NCBI GenBank assembly: GCA_963555995.3
Contig: OY821641.1
Coordinates: 3,328,001 to 3,392,000 of the forward strand
Direction: 5' to 3'
DNA length: 64,000 nt
DNA from: Vicinamibacteria bacterium
GTDB lineage: Bacteria; Acidobacteriota; Vicinamibacteria; Marinacidobacterales; Marinacidobacteraceae
Shown here: one piece after another, positions 28,101 through 43,100 of the stretch
Layout of the letters: each line of letters begins with the position of its first letter
Numbering within the stretch: the first letter of the stretch is position 1
The notes under the pieces: model-generated
The model's database searches: none
The model's input: only the letters and a program-made list of their open reading frames with translations
Told to the model about the DNA's origin: nothing
Position numbers and translations under genes: made by a program

Positions 28101-31100
28101 CCTGACCGCCCGCCTCGCCCACCAACGCAACCTCCCCATACCCCGACGCCGACAGCGCCCGCCCCCACGCCTCACGCCCCACCAGCGCGTAGTCCGACCG
28201 ATATACGTCATCGAAACGCCACCAACCCGGCAGCAGTCCGAACGTCAGGTCCAGCCAACCCCGCCGCTCCGTACCCTCCAGCAGCAACAACAACCCCGAC
28301 GGCGCCAGCAACCGACGGCAGTGCGCCAGCGACTCCTCCAGGTCCCGCGTCGCGTGCAGCACGTTCGCCGCCACCAACACGTCGAAACCGTGCTCCCCGA
28401 ACCCCTGCGCCAACGGGTCCCGCTCGATGTCCAGGACCCGATACCGCACCTCCGCGCCCGCATCCCCGAAACGCCGCTCCGCCGACGACAGGAAACCCGC
28501 CGACACGTCGGTGAACTCGTACTCCGTCCGACCCGACGGCAACGCCGCCAGCACCGCTCCCGTCGTCGCCCCCGTCCCCGCTCCCACCTCCAGGACCCGA
28601 AGGCGCCGGCCCTCCGGCAGACTCGCGACCGCCGCTCCCGCCGCCGCCCCCACCAGGCGGTTCAAAGCCCGCGCCCCCGGCGAACGCCAGTACAGCTCCG
28701 CCGCGCCCGCGCCCCCCTCCCCGAACAGCAACTCCACCGCGTCCGCACGCCCCCGCAACACCTCCGACAGCGATCCACCGCAGCGCGCCAGAACCTCACC
28801 CTCCACCGAATCCCCACCCGCCCCCGGCGCCGAAACCCCCGCCGGCAGCGGCTCCGCCGAGCCCACCGTCACCAGCCATTCCCCCGCTACGTCCCGCGCC
28901 AGCACACCCCCCTCCTCCAAAAGCGCCAGCAAACGATCGAACAGGCGCTCGTGCTCCCCCGTCACCTTCAACCCACGACGCAACCCCTCCCCCGATACCC
29001 GGTCCCCCGACGACCGCTCCCAACCCAGCTCCTCGAGCGCCCGCAACGCATACCACCGCGACTCCCGCTCCAACGCCTCCCCACCCGAAGCCAGCGCCGA
29101 CGCATCCACACCCTCCGCCGACAAGTACCCATCCACCGAACCCACCGACGACGCAACCTCCGACGGACCCTCCAAAAACTCCGCCGAACGCAACCCCACC
29201 GGCGCCCCCGAACGCCAATCCACCTCATACAGCAACTCCCCGACCCCCACCCCCAGGACCGCCGAGCGGCCCGCCCGCTTCAACGTCAAACCCGATACCC
29301 CGCCCAACGCCTCCCCTCCCAAGCCATACAGCGCCAGGTCCCCCTTCCTCACCTCACCCGAGCCCCTCCCCTCACGCAGCCGCGCGTGGCACACCAGCCG
29401 TCCCGGAAGACGACCCCAAATCCACAGCCGCTCCCAGCCCCACGGTAGCCACACCTCCTCCCCCTCCAGATCCCCCCACGCCCCCGACAGCACCTGGAAA
29501 CACCCGTCCAGCAGCACCGGGTGCGCCAGCAGACCCTCGCCCGACAACTCCGCCGGCAGCGCAACCTCTCCCAGCGCCTCACCCTCCCCCCGCCACAGCG
29601 CCCCCAGCGTCCTGAACGCCGGGCCGTAGGCGATCCCCACCGACGCCAGCCGACCATACAGCTCCGGGACCGCAGCCGGGCTCAACTCCCCGCGCACCGC
29701 AGCGAGGTCCTCCGCCTCCCCAACGCCGCCGCCACCGGCCTCCCAGCGCCCCTCCGCGTGCAGCTCCCAAGCCTCCCCGACGCTTCCCCCCCGGCTCGCC
29801 ACCTCAAAGCCATCGTCTCGTCCCGAAACCACCTGCACCGTCCGGTACGCCTCGCCCCGGAACACCAGCGGCCGGCGGAGCTGCATCTCCGTCAGCGCCA
29901 CCCCGCCAGATTCCCCGTCCTCCCCGGCCCGCTCCCCGAACGCCTCCAGCGCCTGCGACGCATACAGCGCCCCCGGCGCCAGCGCCTCTCCATACACCCG
30001 GTGCTCCCCCAGCCAGCCCGGATCGCCCGCGCCCATCTCCCGCTCCCACGAAACCTCGCCCCCGCGGGAGTCCCGCCGCTCCCCCAGCAGCGGGTGCCCC
30101 GCCGGCCGCCGCGCCTTCGCCCCCTCCACCCAGTACCGCTCCCGCTGGAACGGATACGTCGGCACCGACACCCGGCGGCGACGCTCCCCCGCATACAGCC
30201 CCTCGAACGCCACCGGTAGACCCGCCTCGTACGCCGCCCCCACCGCCCGAACCCAGCCCTCGCTCCCGCCTCCCGCCGGAACCGACACCACCCGCAGACC
30301 CGCGTCCCCCGGCCATGCCGACGACGCCCGTTCGCCCAGCCCCTCCGACGGGCCCACCTCCACCAGCAGACCCACTTCCAACTCCGACAGCGTCTCCAGC
30401 GCACGCTCGAAACGAACCTCCCCTCCCGCCTCCGAAACCCAGGCGCCGGCCTCCGGAACCCCTTCCGCCAGACGACCGCTCGCGCCCCGCACCAGCGGCA
30501 CCCCCGGCGGCGACGGCGCCCCCTCCCCACCGCGGCCCAGCGCCAGCCGCAGCCCGTCCTCCAGCTCCACCACCCCCGACGCGCACGCCGCCGCCGCCTC
30601 CCCCGCACCGCAACCCCAGACCACCCCCGGGACCACCCCCACGCTCGCCCACAGCGCCGTCAGACCCGCCTGCAGCGCATACCGCGCCGCCATCTCCAAC
30701 GCCGCGTCCTCCTCCGCCTCCGACCAGGCATCCGGCGGCGGTCCCGCGTCTCCCAGCGCCGCCGCGCAGCGGTCCACCACCTCGCGGAACGTCGGCTCGC
30801 TCTCATACAACGCCCGCCCCAGATCCGACCAACCACCGCCCTCTCCCCCGTAGAGGAACGCGACCTTCCCCGCCGACGACTCCCGACCCCCACCCCCTTC
30901 CGCTACCTGCCGCAGCTCCGCGCGCAGCGTGTCCTCGTCCCGGAACACCACCCCCGCTCGCCAACCGAAGTGGCTCCGCCCCACCCCCGCCGTCCACGCC
31001 GCGTCCGCCAGCGGCGCCTCCGCCGTCAACCACTCCCCGTAGCGGCCCGCCAACTCCCGCAGCGCTCCCTCGTTCTTCCCCGACAGCGGCAGCACCCGGT

Positions 31101-34100
31101 GAACACGTTCCAGAGTACGCGTGTCGTCCGCCTCCGGCGGACGATGCCGACCGGAGGTCGGCGCTCCTACCGGGACCGATACCGCCGCGCCGGCATCCTT
31201 TCCATCCCCATATCCCTCGACCACCACATGCGCGTTCGTCCCCGAGAACCCGAACGAACTCACCCCCGCGCGTCGCGGACGATCCAACGCCGGCCAACCC
31301 GTCGCCTCCGACACCACCCGCACCGGTAGCTCCGCCCACGGGATCCGCGGGTTCGGACGCTCGAAGTGCAGGTGCCGCGGGATCTCCGCCGAGCCCAGCG
31401 CCAGCAGCACCTTGATCAGGCCCGCGACCCCCGCCGCACCCTCCAGGTGCCCCACGTTCGTCTTCACCGATCCCAACAGCAGCGGACACGCCGGATCCCG
31501 GCCCTCCCCGTACGCCGAACCCGCCGCCGCCACCTCCACCGGGTCCCCCAGCTCCGTCCCCGTCCCGTGCGCCTCCAGGTAGTCCACCTCCGAACCCGCG
31601 ATCCCCGCACGCACCAGCGCCTCCCCGATCACCCGCTCCTGCGCCGGGCCGTTCGGAACCGTCAAACCCGCGCTCGCCCCGTCCTGGTTCACCGCCGAGC
31701 CCAGCAGCACCCCCAGCACCCGGTCCCCGTCACGCTCCGCGTCCGACAAACGCTTCAGCACCACCATCCCGCATCCCTCCCCCTGCACGAACCCGTCCGC
31801 CGACGCGTCGAACGTCTTGCACCGACCGTCCGGCGACAGCATCCCTCCGTCGGCGAACATCCCGGTCACTTCCGAGAGCAGGATCGCGCTCACTCCCCCC
31901 GCCAACGCCAGGTCCGCCTCCCCCTGCAAAAGCCCCATCGCCGCCTGGTGCACCGCCACCAGCGACGACGAACACGCCGTGTCCACCGTGATCGCCGGAC
32001 CCTCCAGCCCCAGCGCGAACGAAACACGTCCCACCGCCGTCGAGGCCGTCACCCCCGTCGCCCGATACAGGTTCCGCGCCGGCTCCACCGCCGACGACGC
32101 CACCAGCATCTGATACTCGCTCCCGCACACGCCCCCGTACACCCCCGTCCGGCTCCCCCGCAGACGCCCCGGCGGCAACCCCGCGTCTTCCAGCGCCGCC
32201 CAGCTCACCTCCAGCAGCAAGCGCTGCTGCGGGTCCAGCAACTCCGCCTCCGACGGCGCGATCCGGAAAAACTCCGCGTCAAACCGGTCCAGCCCCTCCA
32301 CATACGCCCCATACGGACGCGCCGACTCCGTCTCCGCATCCACGTAGAGCCCATCCGGACGGCCTCGCGTCACCGCGCACCCCCCCGAACGCAGCAGCTC
32401 CCCGAATCCCCCCAGGTCCACGCCCCCCGGAAAACGGCACGCCATCCCCACCACCGCAACCCGATCCGCTGCCGACGGACGCGCCACCACCCGCCGGACC
32501 TCCGCCGACGGCCCGCCCCACCCCAACTCCCCCGCCAGGCGCCGCGCCAGACGCGTCGCGTCCGGGTGGTCGAACACCGCCGTGTTCGACATCGTCAACA
32601 CCCCGCCCAACGCCCGGTTCACCCGGTTCCGCAACTCCACCGCCATCAGCGAGTCCATCCCCAACTCGAAGAAACCCGCGTCCGCGGGCGGCGACGACCG
32701 CAGCCGCAGCACCGACGCCAGCTCCTCCCGCAGGAAGCCCACCAGCGCCGCCTCCCGCTCCGGCTCCGGCAGCCCCCGCAGGCGCTCCCCCAGGTCCCCG
32801 CGCACCCCCCGCTCCTCCAACCCCTCCGCACGCACCAGCTCTTCCAGCAACGGCGGCGGCGACGACAGCGACGCCCAGTCCACCGACACCGCCACGCTCC
32901 TCCCCACGTCCGCCCGCACCAGCCGCGTCAGCGCCTCCAACCCGCGCTCCGACGCCATCCACCCCTCCCCATACGCCGCGATCCGCTCCCCCTGCTCCTC
33001 CGCCTCCCCGACTCCCGGCCACGCCCCCCACGCGATCGCCTGGCCCGCCAAACCACGCGAGCGCCGGTGCGCCGCCAACTGGTCCAAAAACGCATCCGCC
33101 GCCGCGTCGTTCGCACGACCCGGAGCACCCAGCACCCCCGCCGCACCCGAAAACAGCACGAACAACTCCAGCTCCCGGTCCTCCGTCGCCCGGTGCAACC
33201 GCCACGCCCCCAGGACCTTCGGCCACAGCACCTCCTCGAAACGCCCCCAGTCCAGGTTCACCAGCGCCCCGTCCGACAGAACCCCCGCGCAGTGGATCAC
33301 CCCTCCCAGCGCCGGCAGCTCCTCCTCCACCCGCCCCAGCATCGCCGTCACCGCATCCCCGTCCGTCACGTCCGCTATCTCCACCCGAACCTCCACCCCC
33401 CGACCACGCAGGCTCTCCACCGCCGCTTCCGCCGCCGCATCCGGCGCCCGGCGACCGTTCAGCACCACCGCACCCGCACCCCGCTCGCCCAGCCAGCCCG
33501 CGACCGCCAGACCAATGCCCCCCAGGCCCCCCGTCACCAGGTAACTCCGGTCATTCCGCACCCGCGTCCCCGCCGACGCCGCCTCCGAACCCGCCGGAAG
33601 CCGTACCAGCCGCGGCACCCGCCGCTCGCCTCCCCGCAGCGCAACCCGTGGCTCCCCGTCCGGCCACACCAGCTCGTCCGCCAACCGCTCCGCCGTGAAC
33701 GGACCCCCCGGGTCCACGTCCACCAGCCGGACGTTCAGGTCCCGGTGCTCCAGCCCCGCCACCGCTCCCATGCCCCACAGCGACGCGCCCGACAGCCCGC
33801 CCGACGCCTCCCGGTCCACAACCTGCCCCCCCCGCGTCACCAGCCACAGACCCGAGGCCGGCGCCGTCCCCGCGTCCGACATCCCCTGCAACAGACCCAA
33901 TACCCCCGAACCCAACTCGCGCAGCCGCCGCTCCAACTCCTCCACCGTCGCCCCCGTCTCGTCGCCCCCGACTCCCGAAACGTCCACCACCCCACGCAAC
34001 CGCTCCTTCCCATCCATATCCCCGAAGAACGACTCCCACGCTTCCCGCTCCCCCCCCGCCGGTCCGCGCCGGACCTCCTGGCCCCGACGCGAAAGCTCCC

Positions 34101-37100
34101 CCGCCAACTCCGCAACCTCCGCCCCCTCGCCCGACAGCACGAACAGGCCCCGCTCCCCCGCAACCGCCGCCGGGCCCCGCGCCGCCAGCACCACCTGACC
34201 GCCCGCCTCGCCCACCAACGCAACCTCCCCATACCCCGACGCCAACAGCGCCCGCCCCCAATCCTCACGCCCCACCAGCGCGTAGTCCGACCGATATACG
34301 TCATCGAAACGCCACCAACCCGGCAGCAGTCCGAACGTCAGGTCCAGCCAACCCCGCCGCTCCGTCCCCTCCAGCAGCAACAACAACCCCGACGGCGCCA
34401 GCAACCGACGGCAGTGCGCCAGCGACTCCTCCAGGTCCCGCGTCGCGTGCAGCACGTTCGCCGCCACCAACACGTCGAAACCGTGCTCCCCGAACCCCTG
34501 CGCCAACGGGTCCCGCTCGATGTCCAGGACCCGATACCGCATCTCCGCGCCCGCATCCCCGAAACGCCGCTCCGCCGACGACAGGAAACCCGCCGACACG
34601 TCCGTGAACTCGTACTCCGTCCGACCCGACGGCAACGCCGCCAGCACCGCTCCCGTCGTCGCCCCCGTCCCCGCTCCCACCTCCAGGACCCGAAGGCGCC
34701 GGCCCTCCGGCAGACCCGCGACCGCCGCTCCCGCCGCCGCCCCCACCAGGCGGTTCAAAGCCCGCGCCCCCGGCGAACGCCAGTACAGCTCCGCCGCGCC
34801 CGCGCCCCCCTCCCCGAACAGCAACTCCACCGCGTCCGCACGCCCCCGCAACACCTCCGACAGCGATCCACCGCAGCGCGCCAGAACCTCACCCTCCACC
34901 GAATCCCCACCCGCCCCCGGCGCCGAAACCCCCGCCGGCAGCGGCTCCGCCGAGCCCACCGTCACCAGCCATTCCCCCGCAACGTCCCGCGCCAGCACAC
35001 CCCCCTCCTCCAGCAGCGCCAGCAACCGACCGAACAGCTTCCGGTGCTCCCCCGTCACTTTCAACCCACGACGCAACCCCTCCCCCGATACCCGGTCCCC
35101 CGACGACCGCTCCCAACCCAGCTCCTCGAGCGCCCGCAACGCATACCACCGCGACTCCCGCTCCAACGCCTCCCCACCCGAAGCCAGCGCCGACGCATCC
35201 ACACCCTCCGCCGACAAGTACCCATCCACCGAACCCACCGACGACGCAACCTCCGACGGACCCTCCAGGAACTCCGCCGAACGCAACCCCACCGGCGGCC
35301 CCGAACGCCACGCGACCTCATACAGCAGCTCGTCCACCCCCACCCCCAGCAGCGACGCACGGCTCGCCCGACGCAGCCGGAGACCCTCCACCCCTCCCAG
35401 CGCCTCCCCCGCCGGACCGTAGATCCCCAGGTCCACCTTCCGGTCCTCCCCCGTAGCGGACCCCGCGCCCTCCCGCAGCCGCGCCCGGCAGATCACCCGC
35501 TCCGGCAGCGGACCCCCCAGCCACAGCCGCTCCCAGCCCACCGGAAGGCGCGCCCCCTCCTCCCCCGACAGACCCGACACACCCGACAGCGCCTGGAAAC
35601 ACCCGTCCAGCAGCACCGGATGCGCCAGCAGACCCCCACCCGACAACTCCGCCGGCAGCGCAACCTCCCCCAGCGCCTCCCCCGCACCCGACCACAGACC
35701 CGAAAGGCCACGGAACGCCGGACCGAACGCAATCCCCGCCTCCGCCAGCCTCCCGTACACCCCCGCCGGATCCACCTCCACGAGCCCCGTCCGCACCCCC
35801 TCCAAGTCCAAACCCTCGGACGCCTCCGCAGCACCGGACCCCACCCGACCCGCCGCGTGCACCTCCCACTCCGAGCCCGAACCCCCACGGCTCACCACCT
35901 CGAAGCCGCCCTCCGACCCCAACACCACCTGCACCGTCCGGAACTCCCCCTCCGAAAACACCAACGGACGCTGGATCTCCACCTCCTCGAGCGCCCACGG
36001 AGAACCCGATCCCGTCTCCCGCAGCGCCTCCAGGACCTGCACCGCATAGAGCGCCCCCGGCGCCAACACCTCCCCGAACACCCGATGGTCCCCGAGCCAA
36101 CCCGGCGCGCTCCCCGACAACTCCGTCTCGAACGAGACCTCCCCGTCCCGCGCGTCCCGGCGCAGCCCCAGCAGCGCGTGCCCTCCCGCCCCACGACCGC
36201 GCGGCGCCTCCACCCAGTACCGCTCCCGCTGGAACGGATACGTCGGCAGCGATACCCGCCGGCGCTTCTCCCCGGTGAACAGACCCTCGAACGAAACGTC
36301 GAGCCCCGCCTCGTACGCCGCTCCCACCGCCCGAACCCAGCCCTCGCTCCCGCCTCCCGCCGGAACCGACACCACCCGCAGACCCCCGTCTCCCGGCCAC
36401 GCCGACGACGCCCGTTCGCCCAGCCCTCCCGACGGGCCAACCTCCACCAGCAGTCCCACTCCCAGACCCGACAGCGTCTCCAGCGCCCGCTCGAAGCGCA
36501 CCTCTCCTTCCGAACCCCAGGCGCCGGCCTCCGGAACCCCTTCCTCCAGCCGACCGCTCACGCCGCGCACCAGCGGCACCTCCGGCGGCGACGGCTTCCC
36601 CTTCCAACCGCGGCCCGTCGCCAGCCGCAGCCCCCCCTCCAGATCCACTACCCCCGACGCACGCGCCGCCGCCAACTCCCCCGCGCCGCAACCCCAGACC
36701 ACCCCCGGAACCACCCCCACGCTCGCCCACAGCGCCGTCAGCCCCGCCTGCAACGCATACCGCGCCGCCCCCTCCTCCTCCGGGCCCTCCCCTCCCAGCG
36801 CCGCCGCGCAGCGGTCCACCACCTCGCGGAACGCCGGCTCGATCCCATACAGCTCCCGCCCCACCGCGGACCACTCGCCACCCTCTCCCCCATAGAGGAA
36901 CGCGACCTTCCCGACCGACGACTCCCGACCCTCAACCCCCTCCGCCACCTGCCGTAGCCCCGCGCGCAGCGTGTCCTCGTCCCGGAACACCACCCCCGCT
37001 CGCCAACCGAAGTGGCTCCGGCCCACCCCCGCCGTCCACGCCACATCGGAAAGGCGCTCCGCCAGCGGCGACTCTTCCGTCAGGAAGCCCAGATAGCGGC

Positions 37101-40100
37101 CCGCCAACTCCGAAAGCGCCCCCGGCGTCCGACCCGACAGCGGCAGCACCCGGTGAGCCCGTTCGGCGTGGCGCGGTTCGTCCGACGCCGAGGGACGCTC
37201 CCCGTAGCCCTCCACGATGACGTGCGCGTTCGTCCCCGAATAGCCGAACGAGCTCACCCCCGCGCGCCGCGGGCGGTCCGCCACCGGCCAACCCGTCGCC
37301 TCCGACACCACCCGCACCGGAAGCTCCTCCCACGCGATCCGAGGGTTCGGACGCTCGAAGTGCAGGTGCCGCGGGATCTCCGCCGAACCCAGCGCCAGCA
37401 GCACCTTGATCAGACCCGCAACCCCCGCCGCCCCCTCCAGGTGACCCACGTTCGTCTTCACCGACCCCACCAGCAGCGGACGCTCCGGATCCCGGCCCTC
37501 CCCGTACGCCGCTCCCGCCGCCGCCACCTCCACCGGGTCCCCCAACTCCGTCCCCGTCCCGTGCGCCTCCAGGTAGTCCACCTCCCACGGCTCCAACCCC
37601 GCACGCAACAGCGCCTCCCCGATCACCCGCTCCTGCGCCGGTCCGTTCGGAACCGTCAAACCCGCGCTCGCCCCGTCCTGGTTCACCGCCGAGCCCAGCA
37701 ATACCCCCAGCACCCGGTCCCCGTCACGCTCCGCATCCGACAATCGCTTCAGCACCACCATCCCGCATCCCTCCCCCCGCACGTACCCGTCCGCCGACGC
37801 GTCGAACGTCTTGCAGCGCCCGTCCCCCGCCAGCATCCCACCGTCCGTGAACAGACCGGTCACCCCCGAAGTCAAGATCGCGTTCACCCCCCCCGCCAGC
37901 GCCAGGTCCGCCTCCCCCTGCAAAAGCCCCATCGCCGCCTGGTGCACCGCCACCAGCGACGACGAACACGCCGTGTCCACCGTGATCGCCGGGCCCGTGA
38001 GCCCCAGCGCGAACGAAACACGTCCCACCGCCGTCGAGGCCGTCACCCCCGTCGCCCGATACAGGTTCCGCGCCGGCTCCACCGCCGACGACGCCACCAG
38101 CATCTGATACTCGCTCCCGCACACGCCCCCATACACCCCCGTCCGGCTCCCCCGCAGACGCCCCGGCGCCAGACCCGCGTCCTCCAGCGCCGCCCAGCTC
38201 ACCTCCAGCAGCAAGCGCTGCTGCGGGTCCAGCAACTCCGCCTCCGACGGCGCGATCCGGAAAAACTCCGCGTCAAACCGGTCCAACCCCTCCACATACG
38301 CCCCATACGGACGCGCCGACTCCGTCTCCCCGTCCACGAACAGCCCGTCCGGACGCCCCCGCGTCACCGCGCACCCCCCCGAACGCAGCAACTCCCCGAA
38401 TCCTCCCAGGTCCGCACCCCCCGGAAAACGGCACGCCATCCCCACCACCGCAACCCGATCCGCTGCCGACGGACGCGCCACCACCCGCGGGACCCCCGAC
38501 ACGGGCTCGCCCCACCCCAACTCTCCCGCCAGGCGCCGCGCCAGACGCGTCGCGTCCGGGTGGTCGAACACCGCCGTGTTCGACATCGTCAACACTCCAC
38601 CCAACGCCCGGTTCACCCGGTTCCGCAACTCCACCGCCATCAGCGAGTCCATCCCCAGCTCGAAGAACCCCGCGTCCGCGGGCGGCAACGACCGCAGCCG
38701 CAGCACCGACGCCAGCTCCTCCCGCAGGAAGCCCACCAGCGCCGCCTCCCGCTCCGGCTCCGGCAGCCCCCGCAGGCGCTCCCCCAGGTCCCCGCGCACC
38801 CCACGCTCCTCCACCGCCTCCGCACGCACCAGCTCCTCCAGCAACGGCGGCGGCGACGACAGCGACGTCCAGTCCACCGACGCCGCAACGCTCCTCCCCA
38901 CGTCCGCCCGCACCAGCCGCGTCAGCGCCTCCAGCCCGCGCTCCGGCGCCATCCACCCCTCCCCATACGCCGCGACCCGGCCCGCGATCCGCTCCCGCTG
39001 CTCCTCCGCCTCCCCCACGCCCGACCACGCCCCCCACGCGATCGCCTGGCCCGCCAAACCACGCGAGCGCCGGTGCGCCGCCAACTGGTCCAGGAACGCA
39101 TTCGCCGCCGCGTGGTTCGCCTGACCCGCGCTCCCGAACACCCCCGCCGCGCTCGAAAACAGCACGAACAACTCCAGCTCCCGGTCCTCCGTCGCCCGGT
39201 GCAGCCGCCACGCCCCCAGGACCTTCGGCCACAGCACCTCCTCGAAGCGTCCCCAGTCCAGGTTCACCAGCGCCCCGTCCGACAGCACCCCCACGCAGTG
39301 CAGCACCCCTCCCAGCGGCGGCAGCTCCTCCTCCACCCGCCCCAGCATCGCCGCCACCGCAGCCCCGTCCGTCACGTCCGCAATCTCCACCCGAACCTCC
39401 ACCCCCCGACCCCGCAGGCTCTCCACCGCCGCTTCCGCCGCCGCGTCCGGCGCCCGGCGACCGTTCAGCACCACCGCACCCGCACCCCGGTCACCCAGCC
39501 ACCCGGCGACCGCCAGACCAACGCCCCCCAGGCCCCCCGTCACCAGGTAACTCCGGTCTCCACGCAAACGCCCCCCCGCCAACGCCGACGGCAGCAGCAC
39601 GTTCTTCCCCACGTGACGCGCCTCCCGCATCGTCTCCAACGCCCCTCCCGCTTCCAGCAGCGGCCACCGGCCGAACGGAAGCGGCTCCAGCTCTCCCGAA
39701 CCCAGGCGGCCCACCACGTCCCGCAACACCGAACCCAAACGCCCCGGGTCCTCTCGACCCAAACGGTCCACCCCCAAGACCCAATACCGCACCTCCGGCC
39801 GCAGCTCCGCAACCTCCGCCGCACTCCAGATCCCACGCTTCCCCAACTCCACGAAACAACCCCCCTCCCGCAAACACCCCAGCCCCGCCTCCACGAACCC
39901 CGCTCCCGTCAGGCTGTTCAGAACCAGGTCCACCCCCTCACCCCCCGTCGCCGCCAGCACCCCCTCTCCGAATCCAACGTCCCGGCTGTCGAACACCCAG
40001 CGAACACCCAGCGAACGCAGGTACTCCTGCTTCGGCGCGCTCGCCGTCGAATACACCTCATGCCCCGCCGCCCGCGCCAGCCGGATCGCCGCCTGGCCCA

Positions 40101-43100
40101 CGCCCCCCGTCCCCGCGTGGATCAATACCCGAGAACCCGACCGCAAACCCGCGAACCGATACGCCAACTCCGCCGTCACGTACGCCACCGGCACCGTCGC
40201 CAGCTCCCCCGCCGTATGCCCCGCCGGCGCCAACGCCAACAACTCCGCCCGCGTCACCACCTCCGGTCCGAACGCGCCCGCCGCGAACCCCAGCACCCGC
40301 TCCCCGACCGACAAACCCGAAACCCCCGACCCCAACTCCACGACCCGACCGCACACCTCTCCGCCCAGCAGAAGCTCCTCCTCCAGAAGCCCCATCCCGA
40401 GCATCACGTCCAGGAAGTTCACCCCCGCCGCCTCCACCGCAACCCGGACCTCCCCCGCTCCCAGAGGAACCTCCGGAACCGACTCCGCCCGCAGCCCCGA
40501 CAACGATCCATCCGCATCCGGCGACAACCGCCAGCCGCCAGCCTCCGGCAACTCCACTCCCGGTCCCGAGCGCACCAGCCGGGGCACCAGCCGCCCGCCT
40601 CCCCGCAACGCAACCCGCGGCTCCCCGTCCGGCCACACCAACTCGTCCGCCAACCGCTCCGCCGTGAACGGACCCCCCGGGTCCACGTCCACCAGCCGGA
40701 CGTTCAGGTCCCGGTGCTCCAGGCCCGCCACCGCACCAAGACCCCACAGCGACGCACCCGACAGCGCGCCCCCCCGCTCCCCGCCCAACACCTGCCCCCC
40801 CCGCGTCACCAGCCACAGACCCGAGGCCGGCGCCGTCCCCGCGTCCGACATCCCCTGCAACAGACTCAGGGCGCTCCCCCCGATCTCCTCCAACTCCAGC
40901 GAAAGCTCCGAAACCGTCGCCCCCGCACTGTCTCCCCGAACCGCCGCCAGGTGCGCCACCCCACGCAACGGAGCGTCTCCCGCGAGCGACGCGAAGAACC
41001 GGCGCCAACCCTCCCGGTCCGCCGACCCCGAGGGACCGAACGACACTTCCTGGCCCCGACGCGAAAGCTCCCCCGCCAACTCCGCCGCCACCGCCCCTTC
41101 CCCCGACACCACGAACAGGCCCCGCTCCCCCGCAACCGCCGCCGGGCCCCGCGCCGCCAGCACCACCTGACCGCCCGCCTCGCCCACCAACGCAACCTCC
41201 CCATACCCCGACGCCGACAGCGCCCGCCCCCAATCCTCACGCCCCACCAGCGCGTAGTCCGACCGATACCCGTCCGCGAAACGCCACCAACCCGGAAGCA
41301 GTCCGAACGTCAGGTCCAGCCAACCCCGCCGCTCCGTCCCCTCCAGCAGCAACAACAACCCCGACGGCGCCAGCAACCGACGGCAGTGCGCCAGCGACTC
41401 CTCCAGGTCCCGCGTCGCGTGCAGCACGTTCGCCGCCACCACCACGTCGAAACCGTGCTCCCCGAACCCCTGCGCCAACGGGTCCCGCTCGATGTCCAGG
41501 ACCCGATACCGCACCTCCGCGCCCGCATCCCCGAAACGCCGCTCCGCCGACGACAGGAAACCCGCCGACACGTCCGTGAACTCGTACTCCGTCCGACCCG
41601 ACGGCAACGCCGCCAGCACCGCTCCCGTCGTCGCCCCCGTCCCCGCTCCCACCTCCAGGACCCGAAGGCGCCGGCCCTCCGGCAGACCCGCGACCGCCGC
41701 TCCCGCCGCCGCCCCCACCAGGCGGTTCAAAGCCCGCGCCCCCGGCGAACGCCAGTACAGCTCCGCCGCGCCCGCGCCCCCCTCCCCGAACAGCAACTCC
41801 ACCGCGTCCGCACGCCCCCGCAACACCTCCGACAGCGATCCACCGCAGCGCGCCAGAACCTCACCCTCCACCGAATCCCCACCCGCCCCCGGCGCCGAAA
41901 CCCCCGCCGGCAGCGGCTCCGCCGAGCCCACCGTCACCAGCCATTCCCCCGCAACGTCCCGCGCCAGCACACCCCCCTCCTCCAGCAGCGCCAGCAACCG
42001 ACCGAACAGCTTCCGGTGCTCCCCCGTCACTTTCAACCCACGACGCAACCCCTCCTCCGATACCCGGTCGCCCGATGACCGCTCCCAACCCAACTCCTCG
42101 AGCGCCCGCAGCGCATACCAGCGCGACTCCCGCTCCAGCGCCTCCCCCGCCGAAGCCAGCGCCCCCGCCTCCAACCCCTCCGCCGACAAGTACGCATCCA
42201 CCGAACCCACCGACGACGCCACCTGGGACGGTTCCACGAGGAACTCCGCCGAACGCAACCCCACCGGCGGCCCCGAGCGCCAATCCACCTCATACAGCAA
42301 CTCCCCGACCCCCACCCCCAGGACCGCCGAGCGGCCCGCCCGCTTCAACGTCAAACCCGATACCCCGCCCAACGCCTCCCCTCCCAAGCCATACAGCGCC
42401 AGGTCCCCCTTCCTCACCTCACCCGAGCCCCTCCCCTCACGCAGCCGCGCGTGGCACACCAGCCGTCCCGGAAGACGACCCCAAATCCACAGCCGCTCCC
42501 AGCCCCACGGTAGCCACACCTCCTCCCCCTCCAGGTCCCCCCACGCCCCCGACAGAACCTGGAAACACCCGTCCAGCAGCACCGGGTGCGCCAGCAGGCC
42601 CCCGCCCGACAACTCCACCGGCAGCGCCACCTCTCCCAGCGCCGCGCCCTCCCCCCGCCACAGCGCCCCCAGCGTCCGGAACGCCGGCCCGTAGGCGATC
42701 CCCACCGACGCCAGCCGACCATACAGCTCCGGGACCGCAGCCGGGCTCAACTCCCCGCGCAGCGCAGCGAGGTCCACCGCCTCCCCAACGCCGCCGCCGC
42801 CGGCCTCCCAGCGCCCCTCCGCGTGCAGCTCCCACGCCTCCCCAACGCTTCCCGCCCGGCTCGCCACCTCGAAGCCATCGTCACGTCCCGAAACCACCTG
42901 CACCGTCCGCGACGCGTCGCCCCGGAACACCAGCGGACGGCGGAACTGCACCTCCGGCAGCGCCACCCCGCCCGACTCCCCGTCATCCCTCCCCCGCTCC
43001 CCGAACGCCTCCAGCGCCTGCGACGCATACAGCGCTCCCGGCGCGAGCGCCTCCCCATACACCCGGTGCTCCCCCAGCCAGACCGGATCGCCCGCGCCCA

